Source: an archaeon (GTDB taxonomy: Archaea > Iainarchaeota > Iainarchaeia > Iainarchaeales > GW2011-AR10). Taken from it: a DNA stretch of 38,708 nt. How positions within the stretch are numbered: position 1 is the stretch's first letter; every line of letters begins with the position of its first letter. The notes under the pieces were generated by a model that was given only the letters and a program-made list of their open reading frames with translations, was not told where the DNA came from and searched no databases. The stretch is from contig JAUSEO010000005.1 of assembly GCA_030651515.1 (NCBI GenBank), positions 1 to 38,708 on the forward strand. Direction: 5' to 3'. Below are positions 1 through 8,255 of the stretch, piece after piece. Both the position numbers and the translations under genes were made by a program.

Positions 1-3
1 GCA

Positions 4-195
4 ATGTACTCGATTTTCTTCCTGGGAAACGTCGTGCTCCTCGAAAGCTTCGGGGTTGAAGTCCCGCAATGGCTTTCACCACTCATAACCTTCGCAGTAA
101 TAGGGTACTTTTTCTGGAAATCAAAAAAAGAAATAGCCAAAGAAGTTATTTTGCAAAAAAAACCAGGTACGCAAAAACCAGGTAAAGAAGAATAA
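4..195 (+). CDS. hypothetical small membrane protein, possibly the C-terminal end of a gene starting before the window
   Basis: Frame is open from the window edge. One hydrophobic helix (LSPLITFAVIGYFFW) is followed by a Lys-rich tail. The last 50 nt overlap the convergent 146..856 gene. Confidence 0.3.
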   Translation: MYSIFFLGNVVLLESFGVEVPQWLSPLITFAVIGYFFWKSKKEIAKEVILQKKPGTQKPGKEE

Positions 196-856
196 GCAGA
201 AAACCAATCTTTGCACCCAGTGTCGAGAACTTGTTTTTTCCCGCGATTTTTACAAACCAGTAAAGCTCCCCTGCAAGCACCAGGAACGTGACTGCAAGCA
301 GGAGGTACCCTGCAAGGTTTAACAACGCTGACTGGTTGATTGCCAAAAAGTGAAAAACCGCTGCAAAGTACCCAAAATACACAAGCCGGTGAATTGTCTT
401 CCACCGTGCTGGCCCAATCTTTTCCATAGCCCAGTCAGTGGAAGTGAGTGCAAGCACCAAAAATACAAGGTAACCCACAACCCCGAAAATCATTGGGTTT
501 TCAATGGGGTTTAGCGAGAAAAAAACCTGGGAAACATCCCCGCCAAACAAAAGGTTTACCACGCTCAACGAATGCCCTGCAATGAAAACAAGCCCTGCGA
601 CCCCAAGGCTTCTTCGCACATGCCAATACTTTGCATAAACTGGGCGGAACTTGAAAAAAACGCTTGAAAGCAAAGCAAGCCCGATAAAAGTTGCTCCAGA
701 AAAAGCAAATGCTCTAATCAAAGCAAACGAAAACTGCCCAGGAATAACAACGTAGAACTGGTAAACAAATTGTAAAAGCCAAAAAACAACTGAAAAAACC
801 AGGAACTCCAAGACAAACTTCCAGTTTTTCATCGCGCCTTCAAAAAGCCTTGCCAT
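146..856 (-). CDS. ferric-reductase-like / MsrQ(YedZ)-like heme-b transmembrane protein
   Basis: 236 aa, about 6 TM helices. Motifs VRRSLGVAGLVFIAGHSL and WKTIHRLVYFGYFAAVFHFL match the His-bearing helices of the MsrQ/ferric reductase TM family. Paralog of 26335..27045. Confidence 0.6.
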   Translation of the reverse strand: MARLFEGAMKNWKFVLEFLVFSVVFWLLQFVYQFYVVIPGQFSFALIRAFAFSGATFIGLALLSSVFFKFRPVYAKYWHVRRSLGVAGLVFIAGHSLSVVNLLFGGDVSQVFFSLNPIENPMIFGVVGYLVFLVLALTSTDWAMEKIGPARWKTIHRLVYFGYFAAVFHFLAINQSALLNLAGYLLLAVTFLVLAGELYWFVKIAGKNKFSTLGAKIGFLLILLYLVFAYLVFFAK

Positions 857-902
857 GAAGAAAAATTAACCACTTTGGGGTTAAAATAGGTTTCTGTCTT
901 TC

Positions 903-1295
903 GTGTTTTTTATGGCCAACGATTTTTCCCGCGAAACGGTTTTCCTGCTTTTACTGGCTTTAGCGGGGGAAATAATCGGGAACGTTTACGGTTTTTACAG
1001 GATATTCCCTGCATTTGACCTTGTCACACACTTTGTTGGAGGTGCCCTCGTTTCCTCAATTGCGATAAAGTTTCTCTACAACAAGCTGCAGCGCCATTCA
1101 TTCTTTGTCAATGTTGTTTTCACGATGGGGATTGGGGCTTTTTGGGAAATAATAGAGTTCACGGCAGACCTGTTGTTTCACCTTGGCATGCAGGGCAGCT
1201 TAAATGATACAATGGTTGACTTGGTAATGGTGGCCTCTGCTGCAATAATAATAAACTTCATTTACTATTCAAAAAAACAGGAACCATGGATTTGA
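903..1295 (+). CDS. integral membrane protein, unknown function
   Basis: 130-aa ORF with 4 predicted hydrophobic helices. GTG start at 903; an ATG at 912 is an alternative start. Confidence 0.5.
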   Translation: MFFMANDFSRETVFLLLLALAGEIIGNVYGFYRIFPAFDLVTHFVGGALVSSIAIKFLYNKLQRHSFFVNVVFTMGIGAFWEIIEFTADLLFHLGMQGSLNDTMVDLVMVASAAIIINFIYYSKKQEPWI

Positions 1296-1306
1296 AAAAC
1301 GGGTAA

Positions 1307-1567
1307 TCACTTTGTGTTAACTTCACTGCCGTTAACCAGCAATTCTTTGGCACTCCTGCCAAAAGACTTTATTTCAAGTTCGCGCCTCATCGCACTTTTC
1401 CTTGATTTCTTTTTCTCAAAATAAACGAGCTTCACCGGCAAATGGGACCGTGTGTACCTTCCACCACGCCCGCTGTTGTGTGTTTTGATTCTCTCATCAA
1501 TGTCTTTTGTGTGCCCGCAGTAAAAGCTGCCATCGCGGCACTCAACCAAGTAAACGAAAAAAACCAT
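1307..1567 (-). CDS. GIY-YIG nuclease family protein (UPF0213-like)
   Basis: 86 aa. FVYLVECRDGSFYCGHTKDIDERIKTHNSG...R...ELEIK matches the GIY..YIG..R..E pattern. Confidence 0.85.
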   Translation of the reverse strand: MVFFVYLVECRDGSFYCGHTKDIDERIKTHNSGRGGRYTRSHLPVKLVYFEKKKSRKSAMRRELEIKSFGRSAKELLVNGSEVNTK

Positions 1568-1629
1568 GGTTAAAAGAGAAAGAATCCAGGACTTTATTAG
1601 GGTTTCTTTTGCAAGTTTTACATTTTACA

Positions 1630-1824
1630 TTATTGTTTAATCTTTCTAAATTTTTTTACTATTTCTTCTTTTGAAGGCATCTTTACTCTCTTGAAAAGCA
1701 AAGTGTCTCCGCTTCCAGTGACTGCAAAAGCTTCTCCTTCTTCTAATTTCATTTTTTTTCTTACTTCCTGGGGTATTACTATTTGCCCTCTTGAACTCAT
1801 CTTAATTAATTCAACTTCACCCAC
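1630..1824 (-). CDS. AbrB/SpoVT-type DNA-binding protein (antitoxin-like), orphan
   Basis: 64 aa. SSRGQIVIPQEVRKKMKLEEGEAF is the typical swapped-hairpin AbrB/MazE motif. No adjacent toxin gene was seen. Confidence 0.8.
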   Translation of the reverse strand: MGEVELIKMSSRGQIVIPQEVRKKMKLEEGEAFAVTGSGDTLLFKRVKMPSKEEIVKKFRKIKQ

Positions 1825-2176
1825 TTAAATCACCTGTATAAACCGATAGTCCGAACTCATTAATATATGGGCATATTACTATGTTTTCATTAATATATTT
1901 TTCTTAAAATAAGAAAGTAAGGAATCCCACTTTACAGAACACTTGAAAAAGTGTAAATCTGGATTTAACTTAAGTTCGTATTTTCTGTTTCTAAAAAATA
2001 ATTACTTGTAATTTTGTTACAGCTCATTAATAGGAAGGTTGGTATTATTCATTTTAGGCAGCATTTGAAATTCTACAGTTTTTCTCTTTGAAAAACCATT
2101 TTGAAAATTTTCTTGTTCTGTTTTATCTGCTGAAACAAAAATTTACTTAAACTAATTTGCCCTGGGGTGGTAATCA

Positions 2177-2662
2177 ATGCAAGAAATTAGACAAATCAAT
2201 AAGATAACTGATTCCGGCATTAAAGTTCACGGTTTGAAAGGAAAGAAAGTCATGGCTTTAAATGGAAAAGAAGTCGGAAAGATTACAGAAATAAGATTAG
2301 ACCCCAAATCGCTTAATTTGGATGGAATTGAAATGGACAGAGGCTTCTTTGGACTTGATACCTTCATCGGAAGGAACTATATAGCGTCCTTGAGTATAGA
2401 AGGTGCAGTCCTTAACATGACTCCTGTAACAGACTACAAAGGGTTACAGGTATTTGATTCAAATGGAAAAGAAGTGGGGAAAGTAAAAGAAATCCGGACA
2501 GACGGTAATACAAACAACATTGCCGCCATTGTGGTAGGCACAGGCCTGCTCAGTAACGACGTGATTTTCTCAAAATCAGACGTCAAAAGCGTGGGTGAAA
2601 GCATCATGCTAAACAGCGCCTTTGATGAGAAGGCAGTGAAAGTTGGCGGTCGCTCAGAATAA
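2177..2662 (+). CDS. PRC-barrel domain protein (two repeats)
   Basis: 161 aa with an internal duplication: LKGKKVMALNGKEVGKITEIRLDP and YKGLQVFDSNGKEVGKVKEIRTD. This is the typical PRC-barrel signature. Confidence 0.7.
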   Translation: MQEIRQINKITDSGIKVHGLKGKKVMALNGKEVGKITEIRLDPKSLNLDGIEMDRGFFGLDTFIGRNYIASLSIEGAVLNMTPVTDYKGLQVFDSNGKEVGKVKEIRTDGNTNNIAAIVVGTGLLSNDVIFSKSDVKSVGESIMLNSAFDEKAVKVGGRSE

Positions 2663-2778
2663 AAATAAGTGCAACCGGTATGACGCCATTTAATTTTAAC
2701 CAAGAGTGCACTTGTGTGGGTGGGGTGGTGTCATTCCATTTCAGGTAAACTAAATTAAAACAATGTGGTGATAAGACA

Positions 2779-2940
2779 ATGGATGTGATATTGACAATAG
2801 TAGTGGTTTTAGTAATCCTGTGGGCGCTTGGGCTTATCGGTTCAATTGGCGGCAGTTTAATCCACTTGCTTTTGGTGATTGCTTTGATAATAATAGTCTA
2901 CAGGCTAAGCCAGGGAAGAAACATTGCTACAGGCAAATAA
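2779..2940 (+). CDS. lmo0937-family small membrane protein (53 aa, absent from the supplied ORF track)
   Basis: Hand translation gives MDVILTIVVVLVILWALGLIGSIGGSLIHLLLVIALIIIVYRLSQGRNIATGK. The LWxLGxxGxxGGxLIHLLLVIA pattern matches this small-protein family. Confidence 0.6.
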   Translation: MDVILTIVVVLVILWALGLIGSIGGSLIHLLLVIALIIIVYRLSQGRNIATGK

Positions 2941-3022
2941 GATTCCTCCATTTAAACTAAAAAAAAGTTTTTATTAAAAGCAAGAAAAAATAAATTCAAA
3001 CAATTTTGGATAACTTGGAAAT

Positions 3023-4699
3023 GTGTTAAACATGGGTGTTTTTAAGAAAGAAAAAATTAGTGCCAACCGAATTGCACTTATTGTACAAACCCTTGTTAAA
3101 TATGGTTTTAGATCAGCGGCTCAAAAAATCGGATTAAAGAGGGGGATTTCTTTCATTCCAAAAATTAGGAATAATATGGCGACCCGGTATGATTCGCACC
3201 AGAGAACTAAACTGCTTCTTGAAGATCTTGGCCCGACTTTTGTAAAACTTGGCCAAATTCTTAGTACAAGGCCAGATCTTATTGGGGAAGAACTTTCTAC
3301 TGAGCTGGCAAAACTACAGGATTCAGTCGAACCATTTAGTTATCAGGAAGTTGAAAAAGTATTTAAGGAAGAATTTGGAAAGCCGATTAATTCCGTTTTC
3401 AAATCATTTGAAGAGGTTCCAGTGGCTTCTGCTTCTCTTGCCCAGGTGCATAAAGCGGTTACTAAAGAAGGGAAATTAGTTGCGGTAAAAGTGCAAAGGC
3501 CTAATATTGAGGAAATAATTCATCAAGATATTCAAATAATGCATTATATTGCAAAACTTGCTGAAAGCCGTAATTCTAATCTTAAAAAATTCAAGTCCCC
3601 CGAAATAGTTGAGGAATTTCAGAGGAGTTTGCAAAAAGAACTTAATTTCAAGTATGAAGGACAAAATATTTTACGCTTTAAAGAAATATTCAAAGATGAC
3701 CCAAATATTGTAATCCCTGAGTATTTTGAAGAATTATCCTCAAGTAAAATACTCACAATGGGCTTTGTTTCGGGGACCCCTCTTAGTGAAATAATTGCCG
3801 GAAAAACAATTGAAGGGATAGATAAGCCCCTGATTGCAAAAATTTGCGTTCACGCTTACTTCAAACAATTGCTTGAGCACGGATTTTTTCATGCCGATCT
3901 TCACCCTGGAAACATTTTTGTAGAAAAAAATAAAGTTGGTTTTGTAGACTTTGGAATGATTGGCTGGTTAGAACAAACGCAAATAGATGAACTTTCAAGG
4001 CTATTCCTAAATCTCATTGAATGTGATGTCAGCAATATCATAATTCAATTGAATGACATGGACCTGCTAACTGATGGTATTGATGTTGCCAGCTTAAGGG
4101 AAGATATTTCTGATTTAATGGAAACTTATTATGGACTTGACATGAAATCAGTAAATTTAGGTAAATCGGCAACAGAGTTAATGCTTCTTTTAACAAAACA
4201 CAAAATAAGGATTCCAAAAGAATACACTATGCTTAGCCGATCCCTTCTATTGGTTGAAAGTTCCGCTAAAGCATTGGATCCAAATTTTAGTGCGGTAGAT
4301 ATATTCAAGCCAGACCTGATCAGTCTTGCTGCAAAAAAATTTTCCCCAAAAGAAATTATTAAAAAAATAAAAAAGCAGGTATTTGACATTGATTCCTTGT
4401 CGCGGACATTCCCTAAATCTATCCGGAATATTTTAAGGGTTATTGAGAGGGGAAAAATAAAGCTTGAGTTTGAGCACAAAAACCTTGATATTTTTGCTGA
4501 AAAGCTTGATCAAATAATGAACCGGCTTGTCGTGGCAATAATACTTGCAGCAATAATAGTGGGCTCTTCAATTGCAATGGTTGCAAGCAATAATTTGCAG
4601 ATTTACGGGCTGCCAACCCTTTCAGTGTTGGGTTTTTTTGCGGCATTTGTGCTTGGATTTATACTTGTAGTATTATCATTGAGAAAAATCGTGAGGTGA
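3023..4699 (+). CDS. ABC1/UbiB-family atypical protein kinase with C-terminal TM helices
   Basis: 558 aa. Motifs: LGPTFVKLGQILSTRPDL, ASLAQVHKA, VAVKVQRP, HADLHPGNIF, VDFGMIG. The start may be the ATG at 3032. Confidence 0.9.
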   Translation: MLNMGVFKKEKISANRIALIVQTLVKYGFRSAAQKIGLKRGISFIPKIRNNMATRYDSHQRTKLLLEDLGPTFVKLGQILSTRPDLIGEELSTELAKLQDSVEPFSYQEVEKVFKEEFGKPINSVFKSFEEVPVASASLAQVHKAVTKEGKLVAVKVQRPNIEEIIHQDIQIMHYIAKLAESRNSNLKKFKSPEIVEEFQRSLQKELNFKYEGQNILRFKEIFKDDPNIVIPEYFEELSSSKILTMGFVSGTPLSEIIAGKTIEGIDKPLIAKICVHAYFKQLLEHGFFHADLHPGNIFVEKNKVGFVDFGMIGWLEQTQIDELSRLFLNLIECDVSNIIIQLNDMDLLTDGIDVASLREDISDLMETYYGLDMKSVNLGKSATELMLLLTKHKIRIPKEYTMLSRSLLLVESSAKALDPNFSAVDIFKPDLISLAAKKFSPKEIIKKIKKQVFDIDSLSRTFPKSIRNILRVIERGKIKLEFEHKNLDIFAEKLDQIMNRLVVAIILAAIIVGSSIAMVASNNLQIYGLPTLSVLGFFAAFVLGFILVVLSLRKIVR

Positions 4700-4705
4700 A
4701 AGAGT

Positions 4706-5056
4706 ATGATAAAGAAAAACGAATCAGATTTTGGTCAAAAAGACATTGAAGGCATGGTTGAGCAAGCAACCCGGCTTGGAATAGGCTTTGTGATCGTAAG
4801 CAAAGAGGCACTGGAAGACGTTATTAAAAAAACAACCAAAGATAACGGGGTTTCAGAGAAACAAGCAAAGCAGGCAGTAACTGACCTGGTTAATGAATCA
4901 AAGCGAAGGGAAAAACAACTAAGGGAAAAGGTTAAAGCAGTAATAAAAACTGCCAAAGCAAACAGCCCTGTTGTCCCAAGGGCAGAAGTGTTAAAAATGA
5001 AAACCGAAATTGCGAAGCTAAAACAACAATTGAAAAAGAAAAAAACAAGAAATTAA
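4706..5056 (+). CDS. phasin-like (COG3937-like) coiled-coil protein
   Basis: 116 aa, starts 7 nt after the UbiB-family gene. The GIGFVIVSKEALEDVIKKTTKDNGVSEKQAKQ pattern resembles phasin-family helices. Lys-rich tail. Confidence 0.4.
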   Translation: MIKKNESDFGQKDIEGMVEQATRLGIGFVIVSKEALEDVIKKTTKDNGVSEKQAKQAVTDLVNESKRREKQLREKVKAVIKTAKANSPVVPRAEVLKMKTEIAKLKQQLKKKKTRN

Positions 5057-5168
5057 TTTAATAGTCAAGCATCGCGGAAGCTCTACGAGCCAAGAGGCTC
5101 GTCTTCCAAAATTTCAAAGCAAGTTTGAGTTACTGTAATTTTGGCTTAGATTGTATTTCCAAAAACTG

Positions 5169-5429
5169 CTAGAACGCAATTCCAAAATAGCTGAGTAAAA
5201 TAACCAGTGCGATTCCAGGAATTCCGCCCAACGCCACAATTAGAATGCTCCAAACGTTGATTTGTATGTTAACGAAAGGCAGAAAGTTAAGCAAAATCAG
5301 AATAACCATTCCAACCACGCTATTTATTAACAGCCAAACAATTCCTTTTCCAAGTTTCCATGCCAAGATAACCAGTAGGACTATGAAAAGAAAAGTCAAA
5401 ATGGGTCCAAGAAATGATATTACTGCCAT
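5169..5429 (-). CDS. BofA-like small membrane protein
   Basis: 86 aa, 3 hydrophobic helices. The KLGKGIVWLLINSVVGMVILILLNF...GGIPGIALV pattern resembles the pro-sigmaK processing inhibitor BofA family. Confidence 0.55.
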   Translation of the reverse strand: MAVISFLGPILTFLFIVLLVILAWKLGKGIVWLLINSVVGMVILILLNFLPFVNIQINVWSILIVALGGIPGIALVILLSYFGIAF

Positions 5430-5602
5430 AGTACTTTCACCAAAGATATTGTATGCAGGCCAGTGTAATAACCTGTGATATTTGGATTTACCTAAACTGC
5501 TTTTAGAATATGTCCCTATATTTCCCGCGTTAAGTCACGTGCAACAATTTCAAACAACTATGGTTAAACTCTTCCAACCTATGATTCATTGGAAGTGATT
5601 TT

Positions 5603-5785
5603 ATGGGTATAATGGATGTTCTTTTTGGGAAACGAAACACTACAAAAAAAGAAGGGACTGAAAGCTGGACAAAGTTTGATGATGGCGTATTAAAGGTTAC
5701 AAGAAAAGAAACCACAACTGAAAGGAACTCGTCTGGAAATATGATCTCAAAAAAAACAACCACTCAAGAAACAGAAAACCAATAA
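5603..5785 (+). CDS. hypothetical small hydrophilic protein
   Basis: 60-aa ORF, Thr/Lys-rich, no recognisable motif. Confidence 0.25.
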   Translation: MGIMDVLFGKRNTTKKEGTESWTKFDDGVLKVTRKETTTERNSSGNMISKKTTTQETENQ

Positions 5786-5796
5786 TTCTGAAAATT

Positions 5797-6375
5797 TTAA
5801 AGCTTTGTCAAATCCACCAAATTGTCCGCAAACTGGCTTATCATGGGGGCAAGTTGTTCGTAGTGCTTGTCATTAATCGTGAGAAAAACCCCATCCAACT
5901 CAAAGATTTTTATTTTATTTACCAAGTAATGTGTGAACCTTTCCACATCTATTACCTGGTTGTACAATAACAATGTTGAAAGCGAATCAATGAACAAGTA
6001 GTTTGTCTTTCTTTTTGCCAAACACCCGCTTAAAACATCAGACAGTGCAGCAAGTGAATCAGGCTTTTCTAAAAAAACGCAATTCTCCATGTTTGATTCA
6101 ATTCCGTCCTTCATGCTGATTATGTCTATAAAGCTTAACAAATTTGTATCAACCTTGTCTTTTTTCAATCTTTTAGCGAACAATTGGCTTGGCTCATTTA
6201 CATTTATTATTAACCCGCTTTTTTTCAGTTCATTGCATAAATACTGGACAAGGTACACATTTGTGGCAATAAAGTCTTGCATGGGGGTTATAAAAAGATA
6301 AATTTTGAAATCGCCAAAATTTTTGAATTCCTGCTTAAACACGTTTGTTAACTGGTCTTTATCCATGTTGTTCAC
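5797..6375 (-). CDS. RecA/KaiC-fold-like protein lacking a Walker A motif
   Basis: 192 aa. A Walker-B-like strand (NYLFIDSLSTLL) and overall KaiC-like layout are present, but no GxxxxGK[ST] occurs anywhere. Overlaps the upstream nitroreductase stop by 17 nt. Confidence 0.4.
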   Translation of the reverse strand: MNNMDKDQLTNVFKQEFKNFGDFKIYLFITPMQDFIATNVYLVQYLCNELKKSGLIINVNEPSQLFAKRLKKDKVDTNLLSFIDIISMKDGIESNMENCVFLEKPDSLAALSDVLSGCLAKRKTNYLFIDSLSTLLLYNQVIDVERFTHYLVNKIKIFELDGVFLTINDKHYEQLAPMISQFADNLVDLTKL

Positions 6376-6940
6376 GCACCTTGCATCCGTATAAGTTATA
6401 ATACACTATGTCTTCAAAATTTTTCCTTGTTTTTTCATGGCTAAAAGAGCTTTTTTTTCCAAAACCAAGCCCTACAAGAAGTATTGCTTCCTTTTTCCCT
6501 GAAATGCCAAGCAGTTTATTTGCCTGCTCAACTACTGGTGACAGTATGCATGAATCAATCCCAAGATAAGTAGCTTGATTGACAATGTTTGATGCGGCAA
6601 ACCCTATGTTCAGATAGCGGTGCGATTCGGTGAACTTGGCCAAGCTTTCCTTCAGTAAACCCGGCTGGTTCTCGTATATCGGCTCAAGAACGATTGCAAT
6701 GAGCGCTGGTGGGTTTGTGTGAAAATTTCCATAAACGCATGTTTTCATTAATTTGTCAATAAGCGCGTCATCAGTTACTATTATGAAACTCCACGGTTGG
6801 CTGTTGTGGGAGCTTGGGGATAAGCGACCAGCTTCAAGGATTTTTTGTATAGATTCTGAGTTCACTTTTTGAGCCGTAAACTCGTATGCTGTCTTTCGTT
6901 GCCTTACCAATACCAAAAAATTGGGGGGGGGCGCCAACAT
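6359..6940 (-). CDS. nitroreductase family protein
   Basis: 193 aa. RLSPSSHNSQPWSFIIV is the typical nitroreductase FMN-binding motif. Codons 4-6 are a C9 homopolymer on the coding strand. Confidence 0.85.
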   Translation of the reverse strand: MLAPPPNFLVLVRQRKTAYEFTAQKVNSESIQKILEAGRLSPSSHNSQPWSFIIVTDDALIDKLMKTCVYGNFHTNPPALIAIVLEPIYENQPGLLKESLAKFTESHRYLNIGFAASNIVNQATYLGIDSCILSPVVEQANKLLGISGKKEAILLVGLGFGKKSSFSHEKTRKNFEDIVYYNLYGCKVREQHG

Positions 6941-7297
6941 TTTCCATGTTATATTCTATTAAGTGAATATTTTTAATACTCTCTATCCAAGAAATTGAAG
7001 CAACTGCCACTAAGTAGTGCTACCGTGCTTAGTGCTGTAATCACTGCGTTGAACCTATTAATTCTGAAAATAAGAAAGCAAAAAATCCCGCCTCCCAGAT
7101 TTGCACTGGGGATCTTCCTGTACCTGCTTTTTCTGAACAGGCAATGCCTTTTTTTTTGGCACACTCTTCCGCACAGGAAGAACACAAAAAAACTACAGCC
7201 GGACGCATTAGCTACTATGCTAAGGCGGGAACTGAATACACCAGCAACAAACTGGCAAAAGAAACATCTGCCTTATTGTTCACCTGCCCGTTTGTTG

Positions 7298-7357
7298 GTT
7301 CACAGCGCAGTATGTGGCCTTTCTGCCCTTACAGGGCAAGCGAAAGGCCGGTGATAC
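7298..7357. repeat. GC-rich hairpin element, copy A (related to 27212..27255)
   Basis: GTTCACAGCGCAGTATGTG then GGCCTTTC-TGCCC-ttaca-GGGCA-agc-GAAAGGCC then GGTGATAC. Outer 8-bp and inner 5-bp stems span 7316..7349. Lies 33 nt downstream of the PAP2 stop. Confidence 0.6.
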
Positions 7358-7382
7358 AATCGTTTTACACTATGAACCTGTA

Positions 7383-8249
7383 TTAATTGGCGTTAAGTAT
7401 ATTTTTGACCGTTTTGTTCTTTAAAGCTTTTTCATAGGCAACCGGGAACAGGAAAGAAAGCCAAAAGCCTGCAAAAAAAAGCAGGAAACCGCCCCAGAAA
7501 ACGGGCAAAAAGCCAAAGGCAATCGGGGACAAAACCGCCAAGATCCCCAAAAACCCTGCAATGGCCTTTTTAGCCCAGGGTTTTCCGCCGACAGGGCGGT
7601 TGTCATGGCCCGTGAACTTGAACAAAAACACGCCTAGGTAATACCCGATTATGATTGCTGAGGTTGACAATTCTTCAAACAGGAAAAGCACTGCAACAAG
7701 CAAAAAGCTCGTCAAAACAAGCCCCAGTTCTTCCTGCACAAAAAGTTTTTTTGCACGCGCGTTCCACTTGTCAAAAAAAGCCCACACAAGCCTTCCAACG
7801 ACAAGCCCAAGCAGGATGCCTGCAACAACGTCGACTGGATAATGCCTTTCCAGAAAAATCCGCGAATAACCCACGCCAAGAATAAGTGCCAAGAAAAAAA
7901 ACTCTGCGGGTTTTGAAAGTTTTTCACGGAAAAAACCGTAAACTGCAGCAATTGTTGCCGCGTGCCCGGATGGAAAAGAATACTTGTCAAACGAAAAAGA
8001 AAAACTGTTCTCCAGTTTTCCAAGCAAGCTGCTGCTTCCAAGAACTGCTGGGCGTGGAATCATGAAAAAGTTTTTGAAAACCGCGACAAAAACACCTGTA
8101 AGGACAATTGTGTTCAGGAGGAAAAATGATTCTTTTTCCCTTCCTTTCCAATACAGGGCTGTTGACGCCAAAAGCCAGAAAAACGGGTGCCCAAGCGCGC
8201 TTAGGAAAACAAAAAAAATTTCTAAAAACCAGGAAAGCGCAAAATCCAT
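7383..8249 (-). CDS. PAP2-family phosphatase (membrane)
   Basis: 288 aa. The three PAP2 motifs are KNFFMIPRP, SFPSGHA and SRIFLERHYPVDV. Multiple TM helices. Confidence 0.85.
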   Translation of the reverse strand: MDFALSWFLEIFFVFLSALGHPFFWLLASTALYWKGREKESFFLLNTIVLTGVFVAVFKNFFMIPRPAVLGSSSLLGKLENSFSFSFDKYSFPSGHAATIAAVYGFFREKLSKPAEFFFLALILGVGYSRIFLERHYPVDVVAGILLGLVVGRLVWAFFDKWNARAKKLFVQEELGLVLTSFLLVAVLFLFEELSTSAIIIGYYLGVFLFKFTGHDNRPVGGKPWAKKAIAGFLGILAVLSPIAFGFLPVFWGGFLLFFAGFWLSFLFPVAYEKALKNKTVKNILNAN

Positions 8250-8255
8250 GGGTGC

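Noticed and set aside
7340-7352. AGCGAAAGGCCGG resembles the RNase P RNA CR-I motif (GAAAGUCCGG).
   Set aside because: There is one mismatch in the core. The downstream sequence runs into the PAP2 coding region, and no CR-IV/CR-V partners were found. It is explained by hairpin element A.
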